This document shows, piece after piece, positions 44,148 through 53,575 of a stretch of 64,000 bases of DNA. Position 1 is the stretch's first letter. Every line of letters begins with the position of its first letter. The notes under the pieces were generated by a model. The model was given only the letters and a program-made list of their open reading frames with translations, was not told the origin of the DNA and searched no databases. Both the position numbers and the translations under genes were made by a program. Origin of the DNA: Candidatus Poribacteria bacterium (lineage in GTDB: Bacteria > Poribacteria > WGA-4E > JAJDTR01); the NCBI GenBank assembly GCA_965204085.1, contig CBDBEE010000003.1, positions 1,068,173 through 1,132,172 of the forward strand, in the 5' to 3' direction.

Positions 44148-44765
44148 TCACCAGCGCATGGCAGCCTCACGGTAAAGTAGGATTTGCTGCATATTGCGAG
44201 GAATTGCCAACTGAATCGATTTTCGCTTTCGGTTGACATCCTTCAAGATAACTGGTGTGCGAATCATATTCGTCATAGTGACCAACTTTGATTGGTAGAA
44301 AACCCAGAAACGCTGTTCGGTGTACGGGTTGATGATATACTCCGAATCAGGAAACCGTTCATGTTTTGGATATTCAAGGGGGACTGTCTTATCGTGCCCC
44401 TCCAAAAACAGTTCTGGCGGTGGTTCTTTCGGAGAGTAGCCGCTCAATTTACAGTGTTTTAAGCGAATCGGCATTCCGGATTTGTTGGTCAGATGCAAAG
44501 ATATGACGATCGCCAACCTGTGGTTATCATCGCGATTTATAAACCATGTGTCATCTTCGATGTTCTCGACGGTAAGGCCCGGAATCTGCCGCTTACGATG
44601 ATAGGCTATGGCTAACACAATAAAACTCACAAGCCCGGTCAGTGTCCACATCCCGGCAGAGGTCGAAAGAAATTGCTGCAACTGCTTCAATAGTTCCTGT
44701 AGCACATGCTCTCCTGTGTGTGAAAATCTATGCACAATTATGTCATAGAAGCCATGGCATCGCAA
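44148..44765 (-). CDS. Hypothetical single-pass membrane protein
   Basis: One TM (MWTLTGLVSFIVLAIAY), then a ~140-aa domain. Start uncertain. Confidence 0.4.
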   Translation of the reverse strand: MRCHGFYDIIVHRFSHTGEHVLQELLKQLQQFLSTSAGMWTLTGLVSFIVLAIAYHRKRQIPGLTVENIEDDTWFINRDDNHRLAIVISLHLTNKSGMPIRLKHCKLSGYSPKEPPPELFLEGHDKTVPLEYPKHERFPDSEYIINPYTEQRFWVFYQSKLVTMTNMIRTPVILKDVNRKRKSIQLAIPRNMQQILLYREAAMRW

Positions 44766-45070
44766 GGAAATTCATCTTGCACTAGGCAATCGTATATGAT
44801 ACCATTTTGCGTTCTTGATATTCACCTTGGCCATCGGCCAAATCAGACTCAAACGCGTTTGGGCTGTAGCAGAATTACAACCGAGCGACGTCAAGTGGAT
44901 TGTACAAAATCCTTACTGATAGGGATAATCCAGAAACTGCGCTGCCCGCGCCGAGGCAGTTTGCGGTATTGAAACCAAGAACTTATGCTGTTGAACACTC
45001 AAAACCTTATGATTTGGTGATTCATCGCCGGGAAAGGTAGCTCGGGGGGATTCTCAGAGGAGTTCAATAG

Positions 45071-45151
45071 GATTCCTATCGCAGTCACTACGGAATCTCT
45101 ATCGCACTCGCTGTTCATTCGTCTGAACCCTCGCTATCCGCTCGGTTGATC
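45071..45151. repeat. Family-D dispersed repeat units (inverted orientation)
   Basis: ggaatctctatcgcactcgctgttcattcgtctgaaccctcgctatccgctcggttgatc. Confidence 0.6.
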
Positions 45152-45176
45152 GGTCAATTTTTGACGAAGATTTTCA

Positions 45177-46023
45177 GTGCAGATGCAACCAAAAGATAGC
45201 GGAAAAAAATCACCCGTTCCTCTGGAGATTGTGATGTTGCATCCCACCAAAATCTTTCGGATTCATGTGAGTCGCCAATTTATCAGGGCATTAGTTTTCG
45301 CCTGTCTCGCATTGTGGTGTTTACCACTGGGTGCATCAACACACCTGTCGCTACTCGATGCAAAAGACCTAGAGCCATTTCCCATCAAAGTCGGAGAAGT
45401 CTTGACTTATACGGTCAAGATCGCGGGCATTTCTGCTGGGAAGCAAGTCACAGAAGTAGTTCAACAGACCACAATTGATGGGAATGACGTATATCGTTTA
45501 ACGTCGGAATCACGGACGAACTCCCTGTTTGCGAAGTTTTACCATTTCCAAGATTTAAAAGAAAGTTACATCACGACAGATCAGCTTTATCCGCTACGGT
45601 TTACGAAAAGCCTTGAAGAACCTAGCTACCGAGCACGTGTTGAAGTCAACTTTTACTGTGACAACGGCGCCGCTGAATACTCGAAGAATGAGGCCTGCAA
45701 GAAAATAAAGGTTCCGATTGGCACGCAGGATGAGTTGTCAATGGTCTATTTTGTCCGCTCCAAGGATTTGAAAGTTGGTCGGACATACACGTTTCCCGTA
45801 TTAATAAAAGACGCCGTTGAAGATGTTGTTCTCACTGCCTACCGCCGCGAGGTGGTGAAGACGGAAGCCTTGGGACGGGTAGAAACCATTGCATTACGGA
45901 CATCACATGGTTACTTGATATGGTTGACCAACGATGAGCGTCGTTTTCCCGGTCCGTATCGAGGCGGATACCCGCGTGGGTAAACTGGTTGGAACACTCA
46001 AGAGTGTTAATTTTTCCAAGTAG
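45177..46023 (+). CDS. DUF3108-domain protein; the C-terminus needs a 1-nt frame correction near 45950
   Basis: GEVLTYTVKIAGISAGKQV...YRLTSESRTN...LYPLRF is DUF3108-like. After NDERRFP the annotated frame ends in GPYRGGYPRG*, whereas the +1 frame gives VRIEADTRVGKLVGTLKSVNFSK* (to 46023), which fits the family's C-terminal strand pattern. Confidence 0.6.
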
Positions 46024-46032
46024 GTTGAGGAT

Positions 46033-49000
46033 GTGTTAGATTTCCTGCAACAAACAGATACTTATAAGAATCTCATTGAGATTCTTACGAGTCATCTCAT
46101 GAGTTCCGAGAGCAGTTCAGCGACAAACGAAAAAGAAAATAGGCCCCTGCCTTGGCTAGCAGGTGTGCATGCGCCATCTCTCGCGTACCTGTTGGCAGCG
46201 TTGGCTAAAGACGCTCCCGAGACCCCCTTTCTAATTGTCCTACCATCCCATCGAGAAGCAGAAAAAATTGTTCACGATTTGCCGGCTTACGGCTTTGAAG
46301 ACGCCCATTTATTCCCCGACCTTCAGAATTTTCTTTACGATGGGATTGCTCCGTCAAAGAGAATCATCGCGGAGCGAATGAATTGCCTTCACAGCCTTAT
46401 GAACGAAAAGCGCACGGTTGCTATTACGTCGATTAAGGCATTGATGCACAGAGTCCTTCCTAGGTCTGTTTTGCAGACGGCGTTTCTCGAGGTGAATGTA
46501 GGTGATGAAATTAGTCCTGACAAGATTGTTGGGGTGTTGGCACATGGCGGCTATCAGCGGACTGATTTGGTTGAGGTCAAAGGGGAATTTGCGCGTAGAG
46601 GGGATATTTTGGATGTGTATCCCCTTGTTTCTGATGAACCAATCCGTATCGAATTCTTCGGAGACGATGTCGATGTAATTCGTGTGTTCGATCCAACTTC
46701 GCAACGTTCGGTCGCGGAACTGAAATCCGTTTTGTTAAGCCCGATGCGTGAAATGCTGTTGACTGATGAGGCACTTGAAACTTGGCGCGCGCATGCGGAT
46801 CAGCTAGTAGAAAGTAACACATCGACAAAGTTTCGGAATGAGGTTCAAGAAATCACCGAACGCTTGGAAAGCGGAATAAATCTGGATGGGCTTGAGGCGT
46901 TGCTTCCCGTCCTATATCCGTGCGCAGATGTCATTGTAGATTACTTGTCAAGTCAGGTTGTCACGTTTCTATTTGAACCGACTTGGATGGCGCATGAGGC
47001 AGAGCGGCTTGTTGAGGGAGCAAGCGGATTATACGAAAAGAGAAAAGCCTCGGATCAATTCATGATGTCACCCGATCAGATATTTATTCCGTTTGAGACG
47101 GTAATGTCCGGACTCCGGACTCAACCCACGCTTCAAATATCTTCTTCGCCACTTCCCGAGGCAGGATCCGAGGAGCCTTTAGATTTCGGAATGCAGCCTC
47201 TCGGTCTTTACCGAGACAATTATCAAGTCGTTATTGACCAGATAAAGGAATGGACTGACGCTGGCTACTCTGTCAACATCTATTCCGAAACTCCGAAACA
47301 AGCAACGCGAATGGATGGCATCTTAAGCGATCGTGGTCTTCCCGATACCCAGACCAGTGTGAGGGTTGGAGGTATCAGTGAAGGATTTCTGAATAAAGGT
47401 CTCAAATTCGCCGTATTGTCCGAGGATGAGATATTTGGCCGAGAACGCCGATTGCCTCAGCGTCACTCCACCTTTAAGGAAGGAGCACCAATCCTTAGCT
47501 TAATTGATTTAAAAGAGGGCGATTACATTGTACACGTTTCGCACGGAATTGGGATTTATGAGGAGATACGGCGGCTTGATATTGATGGAAAGCCTCAGGA
47601 TTTTCTGGTACTGAAATATGCGGAAGGCGACATTCTGTACGTGCCAACCTATCAAATTGACTTGGTGCAAAAATACATTGGCGGCGGGGGCGAGGAAAAG
47701 CGCGGTCCCCGACTCGATAAAATGGGTGGTACTTCATGGCATCGTAGAAAGGCACGTGTCAAGGCATCAATTGAGCAAATGGCGGACGAACTTCTTCGCC
47801 TTTACGCCATCCGAGAATCTGGTGAAGGCCATTCATTCTCCGTTGATGTACCGTGGCAAGTCGAGTTTGAAGCCATGTTTCCTTTTGAGGAAACCCCCGA
47901 TCAGTCGAGAGCCATCAACGAAGTTAAAGCCGACATGGAACGTTCGCGCCCGATGGATCGATTAGTGTGTGGTGACGTTGGGTACGGAAAGACGGAGGTA
48001 GCCCTTCGGTCTGCATTCAAGGCTGTGATGGATGGGAAGCAAGTCGCTGTTCTTGTTCCAACGACTATTCTCGCACTGCAACATTATAACACCTTCGTGG
48101 AACGATTTGGTCCGTTTCCTATTCAAGTTGAAATGCTTACGCGTTTTCGTACGGCAAAGGAATTGGCAACCGTCAAGCATGGCTTGGCTGAAGGTACGGT
48201 CGATATCGTGGTTGGGACACATAGTTTACTCTCCGATAGCGTCGAGGTTCACGACCTAGGGTTGTTGGTGGTTGACGAAGAGCATCGCTTCGGGGTTAAA
48301 CACAAAGAAAAGATAAAGCAACTTAAAAAGACTGTGGATGTTCTAACGCTGACGGCAACGCCAATACCACGTACGCTGCATATGTCCCTCGTCGGGATTC
48401 GCGATTTCAGCGTTATCAACACGCCGCCCGAAAATCGCTTGCCCATCAAGACCTACGTGATGGAGTATGATTCTGCCGTGATACAGGACGCAATCTTGCG
48501 CGAGATGGAGCGCGGCGGACAGATATTTTTTGTTCATAACCGAGTTGAGAGTATTGCAAGCGTTGCGAAGTCCATCCGAGACTTAGTTCCGCAAGCACGA
48601 GTCGCCGTTGGGCATGGACAGATGTCTGAGCGACAACTCGAAAAGGTCATGATGGACTTTGTTCAATACAAATATGATGTTTTGGTCTGCACCATGATAG
48701 TTGAGTCGGGCTTGGATATTCCCAATGTCAATACGATTCTAATCAATCGTGCCGATGCTTTGGGACTAGCGCAGCTCTACCAGTTGCGCGGTCGAGTCGG
48801 ACGCGCGCAGCAGCAAGCCTACGGTTACCTTTTCTATCCGCAGGGGCGAGTTATTACTGAAGGAGCGCAGAAACGACTGCGAGTAATCGAGGAGTTCACG
48901 GAGCTTGGTTCCGGGTTCAAAATTGCCCTCCGGGACCTCGACATTCGCGGCACAGGAAATATCCTTGGTTCGGAACAGCACGGTCACATCGCCACGGTTG

Positions 49001-49512
49001 GTTACGAAATGTATTGTAAACTGCTCAGCGAAACGGTGAAATCTTTATCTGGCGAGGAGGTCGAAGAGTCGGTCGAGACACGAATCAACCTACCGGTTGA
49101 GGCGTATTTGCCCGACGAGTATGTACCGGACAGCCGTCAGAAAGTTTCTCTGTATAAGAAAATTGCTGGACTGGAGACGGTGGGTGATCGAGCAGACCTC
49201 GAAGCCGAGATGAGTGACCGATATGGCACAATTCCAGAGCCTGTCGAGATGCTGCTCGAAATTGCTCAGTTAAAGCATCTTAGTAAAGAATTGGGCGTCG
49301 AGTCTATTGCCGCCGGTGACGACCAAATAAAGATTACATTTGACGACGCAAAGTCGCAATTAGATCCGACACGGTTGATCCGGATTATTCGGCAGGATCA
49401 ACGCCTTCGTCTCATGCCTCCTGCACGATTGATGGTGAATATGCAGGGGTTGGCTGGAAGGACGCTAATGCTAGCGGTCAAAGCTATTCTAAAACGTCTA
49501 ATCGAGAAATGA
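46033..49512 (+). CDS. mfd: Transcription-repair coupling factor
   Basis: UvrB-homology N-terminal region, CarD/RID block ([14 protein letters not shown]), helicase motifs [32 protein letters not shown], and TRCF C-terminal domain. Confidence 0.95.
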   Translation: MLDFLQQTDTYKNLIEILTSHLMSSESSSATNEKENRPLPWLAGVHAPSLAYLLAALAKDAPETPFLIVLPSHREAEKIVHDLPAYGFEDAHLFPDLQNFLYDGIAPSKRIIAERMNCLHSLMNEKRTVAITSIKALMHRVLPRSVLQTAFLEVNVGDEISPDKIVGVLAHGGYQRTDLVEVKGEFARRGDILDVYPLVSDEPIRIEFFGDDVDVIRVFDPTSQRSVAELKSVLLSPMREMLLTDEALETWRAHADQLVESNTSTKFRNEVQEITERLESGINLDGLEALLPVLYPCADVIVDYLSSQVVTFLFEPTWMAHEAERLVEGASGLYEKRKASDQFMMSPDQIFIPFETVMSGLRTQPTLQISSSPLPEAGSEEPLDFGMQPLGLYRDNYQVVIDQIKEWTDAGYSVNIYSETPKQATRMDGILSDRGLPDTQTSVRVGGISEGFLNKGLKFAVLSEDEIFGRERRLPQRHSTFKEGAPILSLIDLKEGDYIVHVSHGIGIYEEIRRLDIDGKPQDFLVLKYAEGDILYVPTYQIDLVQKYIGGGGEEKRGPRLDKMGGTSWHRRKARVKASIEQMADELLRLYAIRESGEGHSFSVDVPWQVEFEAMFPFEETPDQSRAINEVKADMERSRPMDRLVCGDVGYGKTEVALRSAFKAVMDGKQVAVLVPTTILALQHYNTFVERFGPFPIQVEMLTRFRTAKELATVKHGLAEGTVDIVVGTHSLLSDSVEVHDLGLLVVDEEHRFGVKHKEKIKQLKKTVDVLTLTATPIPRTLHMSLVGIRDFSVINTPPENRLPIKTYVMEYDSAVIQDAILREMERGGQIFFVHNRVESIASVAKSIRDLVPQARVAVGHGQMSERQLEKVMMDFVQYKYDVLVCTMIVESGLDIPNVNTILINRADALGLAQLYQLRGRVGRAQQQAYGYLFYPQGRVITEGAQKRLRVIEEFTELGSGFKIALRDLDIRGTGNILGSEQHGHIATVGYEMYCKLLSETVKSLSGEEVEESVETRINLPVEAYLPDEYVPDSRQKVSLYKKIAGLETVGDRADLEAEMSDRYGTIPEPVEMLLEIAQLKHLSKELGVESIAAGDDQIKITFDDAKSQLDPTRLIRIIRQDQRLRLMPPARLMVNMQGLAGRTLMLAVKAILKRLIEK

Positions 49513-49880
49513 ATCTTGACGGAGTGTCAAAGCTACATAAACGTGATGTACGCCGGGTCTGTTGTTGACGCTATCGACATCCACATTGGAAATGTAGCGC
49601 GACAAGAAATCTCCGTTTGGTATAATGTAAGTTCAGTGATAGCCCGGATGGAAACCTTCAGTGCTTGGAAATCGTACTAATTCATGCCAAGGTTTTTCAA
49701 CCTTAACCTCAACCTGCCAATTGTTGGTTCTTCCCCAATTAGGAGCAGGATACTAAACTATAACGGAGTATTTCAATCATTGTGCGTTAAACTTACCAAC
49801 ATCCTGGTGAATCCTAAAAGATGGGAGTACCTACACTACCCCACACTAAATCTATCCATGAGGAAAGGAGATACATTATT

Positions 49881-50927
49881 ATGAAGAACAAACTCTTGAT
49901 GTCAGTTATGATTTATGCAATTTGCTTCTGTAGTTGGCAAATTGCGTATTCGCACGAAGGTGACTCAGCTCATGAGGCAATGGCTGAAGTAGATGAGAGC
50001 AAAATAATCGTAGATGAGAGCAAAATAATCATTGCCGAATATAGCTGGAATGGTGAACAGTTCTCCGTCTCGTTGGCGGACCTCAATGCAAAGATTGAGG
50101 ATCTCTCGTCGTATCGCCAACGTAAGCTGCGACCTAGGGAAAGCAAAGTAGAATTTCTCACGGAACTCATAGAAGATGAGCTGAAAATCCTTGCCGCGGC
50201 GGATAAAAAGTTTGACGAAGATCCGGAACACCGCAAACAAGCCGAAGACTATAAGCATCAGCTCATGGTCGAGAAAATCTCTGAGGCGGAAGTGGATGAA
50301 AAAATCAGCATTTCTGACGAAGAGCTTATGCAATTCTACGAGGAACACAAAAGTGAATCCGCGTATATTGAAGAGGCGCAGTGCAAGGCTACCTGCATCT
50401 CCGTGACAGAAAAAGAGCTTGCACAAACGACCTTGGATGAAATTAAAGCGGGTAAGGATATTATTGAAGCGGCAAAGGAACTGGCTGAGAAGAATAAACT
50501 CAAGGGGCCCGGTTCTGGAACGAGATCCCCGGGGAACACCGGCAACTTTACCAAAGATATTGCCCCGAGCTGGCAACCCTTCATTGATGCGGTATTCGCG
50601 CAGGAAGTCGGCGAGATGTCAGATACACTCCTTGAAATCGAAGTCGAGGGGACAACCTACTATCTAATCTTCCGAAAAGAGGAATATAAGCCTGAGCGAC
50701 AGAAAGAATTCGACGAAGTTCGAGAAAGGATTAAGCGGATAATTGAGCGAGAGAAAAAGCAGGAGCGAATCAAGATCTGGATTGAGGAAATAACCGCAAA
50801 AGGTAAACTCATGACATTCCCGGAACTTATTCCCGAACCTCCCGCTGAAGAAGAAACCCAACAAGAAGATGACGGCAGCAGTGAAGAAACCTCGGAATCT
50901 ACAGAACCTGCCGAATCAGACCAATAG
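49881..50927 (+). CDS. SurA/PrsA-like periplasmic chaperone with degenerate parvulin domain and acidic tail (paralog 1)
   Basis: Signal peptide. SurA_N-like region (WNGEQFSVSLADLNAKIE...YRQRKL...KHQLMVEKI). Parvulin-like end (TTYYLIFRKEEYKPER). Acidic C-terminus. AGGAAAGGAG RBS. Confidence 0.65.
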   Translation: MKNKLLMSVMIYAICFCSWQIAYSHEGDSAHEAMAEVDESKIIVDESKIIIAEYSWNGEQFSVSLADLNAKIEDLSSYRQRKLRPRESKVEFLTELIEDELKILAAADKKFDEDPEHRKQAEDYKHQLMVEKISEAEVDEKISISDEELMQFYEEHKSESAYIEEAQCKATCISVTEKELAQTTLDEIKAGKDIIEAAKELAEKNKLKGPGSGTRSPGNTGNFTKDIAPSWQPFIDAVFAQEVGEMSDTLLEIEVEGTTYYLIFRKEEYKPERQKEFDEVRERIKRIIEREKKQERIKIWIEEITAKGKLMTFPELIPEPPAEEETQQEDDGSSEETSESTEPAESDQ

Positions 50928-50962
50928 TGATTTTTCCATATTTTAGGAGGGGAATTGTAAAA

Positions 50963-52000
50963 ATGAAGACATCGAAGTTTGCAAACCCAATGATGATTGG
51001 GCTCATTGCTACCTGTTTTGTGTTCAGCGGATGTGGTGGTAGTGCCACCGCCGCTGAGGGTACGGTTATCGCTGAATTCGAGTGGGATGGGAAACAACAT
51101 ATCACCCTCGAAGAAATGATGCAAGAAATTAGTGAATTACCGGAATACAAGCAGAGAAAGTACAAGGATAAGAGTGGACTTGAAGAGTACATGACCCTGA
51201 TGGCGGAAAGTCGCCTAATCCTCTGTCTCGCCAAGGACCGAAAACTCGACGAAGATGAAGAAATCTTGAAGAAAGTCAGAGATCATCTTCACAAATTAAT
51301 GGTCGATAAAATCACCGACACTGAAGTCACGGAAAAACTTGTGTTAACTGAGGAAGATTATCGACGCTACTACGAGGCAAATACAGAGGATTACGTTGAT
51401 ACGGAGAATGTCGAGTTAACGTGTATTGCCCTTGGTGACGAAGAGCGTGCGACGGAAGTATTGGATGAACTCAAGGGTGGTAGAGACATGATTGAACTCG
51501 CCACTGAGTTGTCTGATCACGGTGAGCTGGTAGGTCCCGGATCTGACGCTCAGAATCCCGGCCAAACGGGCAAAATTCGCCGAGGTGCCTTTCCGGAAGG
51601 AACCGAGCCATTCGTGGATGCCGCTTTCGCGGCAGCCGTTGGCGAACTCCATGATAGTGTAATCAAAATAACTGTTCGAGGCAAGAGCTACTTCATCATC
51701 TTCCGCAAAGACGTACATAATGACGAACGGCAAAAGACGTTTGACGAAGAGGATGTGCGTAGAAATGTCGAACGTGCCGCTAAACGACAAAAGCGCAAGG
51801 AACTCATGGCGCAGTGGCTTTCCCAGCTTCGTGAACGGGCACAGGTTCAAATCCACAGCGAACTCATTCCCGACATGCCAGTAGAAGAAGAGGTTGAGGA
51901 AGATGAGGTGAACGAGGAAGACTCGGCTGAGATAGAGGAAGGTCAGCCGGATTCAGACGAAAGCATGACGCCGAACGAGGAAAGCACGTCACCAGAGTAG
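50963..52000 (+). CDS. SurA/PrsA-like lipoprotein chaperone with acidic tail (paralog 2)
   Basis: Lipobox FSGCGGS. Collinear with paralog 1 (WDGKQHITLEEMMQEI...YKQRKY...LHKLMVDKI...KSYFIIFRKDVHNDER). Confidence 0.65.
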   Translation: MKTSKFANPMMIGLIATCFVFSGCGGSATAAEGTVIAEFEWDGKQHITLEEMMQEISELPEYKQRKYKDKSGLEEYMTLMAESRLILCLAKDRKLDEDEEILKKVRDHLHKLMVDKITDTEVTEKLVLTEEDYRRYYEANTEDYVDTENVELTCIALGDEERATEVLDELKGGRDMIELATELSDHGELVGPGSDAQNPGQTGKIRRGAFPEGTEPFVDAAFAAAVGELHDSVIKITVRGKSYFIIFRKDVHNDERQKTFDEEDVRRNVERAAKRQKRKELMAQWLSQLRERAQVQIHSELIPDMPVEEEVEEDEVNEEDSAEIEEGQPDSDESMTPNEESTSPE

Positions 52001-52131
52001 GAATCCCGAATTACACAACTTCCCGGATTACTACTGATGGGAATCCGCAAAGACAGGTTTTGTCGTCCAAGGGTTCTAACGATCTCTTGAGCGGCAAAGC
52101 CTATACCTCGCACAACACTAAGGGACTCAGG

Positions 52132-53433
52132 ATGTTTTCTAAGCAGGTATTTTGTACTGTTTTTGTCTATATACTGATTGTGTGCTCGGTAGATTTGGCA
52201 ACGGCGCGCACGTTCGATCAAATTATCGCCTATGTCAATGATGAAGTCATAACCAACTGGGAACTTGAAAACTTGGTGAGGCAACGCGCCCTCGAACTTA
52301 GCCAAATTCACAATTTCAATAAACGTGAAGCCGCCGAAAAAGCACAACAGGAGCGACATGAACTACTGGATCGTCTGATTCGCCAGATGCTTCTCGTGGA
52401 AACAGCTTTGACGTTGAAGGTTGAAATCACCGACGAAGAGTTAGAGATGCATATCAAAAGCTTCAAACAACGAGCGAATATCGAGACACACGAAGAATTC
52501 GTCAAGCAATTGAAAGCGGAAGGTTTTACCGAGCCTGCTTTCCGCGAGCAATCGAAGCGAAATCTGATGGCAGAGAGACTTCTGGAAAGGAGAATTTTTC
52601 CAAGATTGCAGGTAAGAGATAGTGATGTCTTGGAATTCTTTGAACAGAACCGGGATCGATTTACCACCAAATCAGACAAACTGCTACTGAGGCACATTCT
52701 AATCGCTTTTAAACCTTCCGATGCCGATCGCGAGGAAGCGTTGGAGAAGGCAGAAGCCGCATTTCAGGCAGCCAAGGACGGAGCCGATTTTAAAACACTT
52801 GCGAAACGCTATTCTAAGGGACAGCACAAGAACCTAACGCCCGGGCCCGTTATCAAGCTAACTCCTGATGAGATCGGCAAGCTTCCCAAACCATTTCGTG
52901 AATTGCTCCCTGCGCTAAATGTGTCCGACATTAGTCGGCCGGTTGAAGGGGAGAATGAAATCTATATTTTCAAGCTAGAGCAAAAAACTGCTCAAAAAAT
53001 TGGATTTCGCTATCTTGTCATAAAGTTGAGCGTGGGAGAAGAAGCTATCCAATCGGCACAGGAGCGCGCCGATCTCGTTTATCAAAAGCTGCTGCAAGGC
53101 GAAGATTTCAATACCTTGGCAAGCCACTACTCCGATGATAAGGTGACAAAAGCTAACGGAGGAGACCTCGGCAGTCATTCACTTAATGAGTTGACTCCGG
53201 AAACGCGGAACGCAGTAGAAAAACTCGAAGCCGGGCAATTTCAAGCCCCTGTTAGAATGAAATTTGGTCTCCATATCTTTAAGGTCGATGGCAAAACTCC
53301 GCCAGAATTGAGCGAGGCAGAGAAGAATCAAATCCGCTCAATGCTGCGCCAACAGAAATTTGAGGAAGAATGGAAAACCTACACAGACATGCTGCTTGAG
53401 AATGCCTATGTAAAAATCAAACCCCTTGAATGA
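52132..53433 (+). CDS. surA: SurA-like periplasmic chaperone/peptidyl-prolyl isomerase (two parvulin-type domains)
   Basis: SurA_N (IIAYVNDEVITNWELEN...LIRQMLLVE). Parvulin blocks (LRHILIAF...ADFKTLAKRYS and GEDFNTLASHYSDDKVTKANGGDLGSH...FGLHIFKV). Confidence 0.75.
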   Translation: MFSKQVFCTVFVYILIVCSVDLATARTFDQIIAYVNDEVITNWELENLVRQRALELSQIHNFNKREAAEKAQQERHELLDRLIRQMLLVETALTLKVEITDEELEMHIKSFKQRANIETHEEFVKQLKAEGFTEPAFREQSKRNLMAERLLERRIFPRLQVRDSDVLEFFEQNRDRFTTKSDKLLLRHILIAFKPSDADREEALEKAEAAFQAAKDGADFKTLAKRYSKGQHKNLTPGPVIKLTPDEIGKLPKPFRELLPALNVSDISRPVEGENEIYIFKLEQKTAQKIGFRYLVIKLSVGEEAIQSAQERADLVYQKLLQGEDFNTLASHYSDDKVTKANGGDLGSHSLNELTPETRNAVEKLEAGQFQAPVRMKFGLHIFKVDGKTPPELSEAEKNQIRSMLRQQKFEEEWKTYTDMLLENAYVKIKPLE

Positions 53434-53575
53434 GGCAAGTTGCATACTTGGCTGAAGTAGCAAATTGGAGACCACCTTTTACTGTTGATTGCCACTAGTC
53501 CCGGACTCCGACACGCGGCGGTTTGACCTGTCATACGAGTGCCATGCTGAAGAAAGATAGGTAATCCCATAACGC

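Noticed and set aside
49965-50576. Long antisense ORFs inside well-supported genes (e.g. 49965..50576, 50660..51124, 59075..59785, 51416..51856, 28672..29193, 24446..24721)
   Set aside because: They lie entirely opposite or out of frame to genes with clear family motifs. They have low-complexity, Arg/Ser-rich translations and no RBS. These are typical shadow ORFs.
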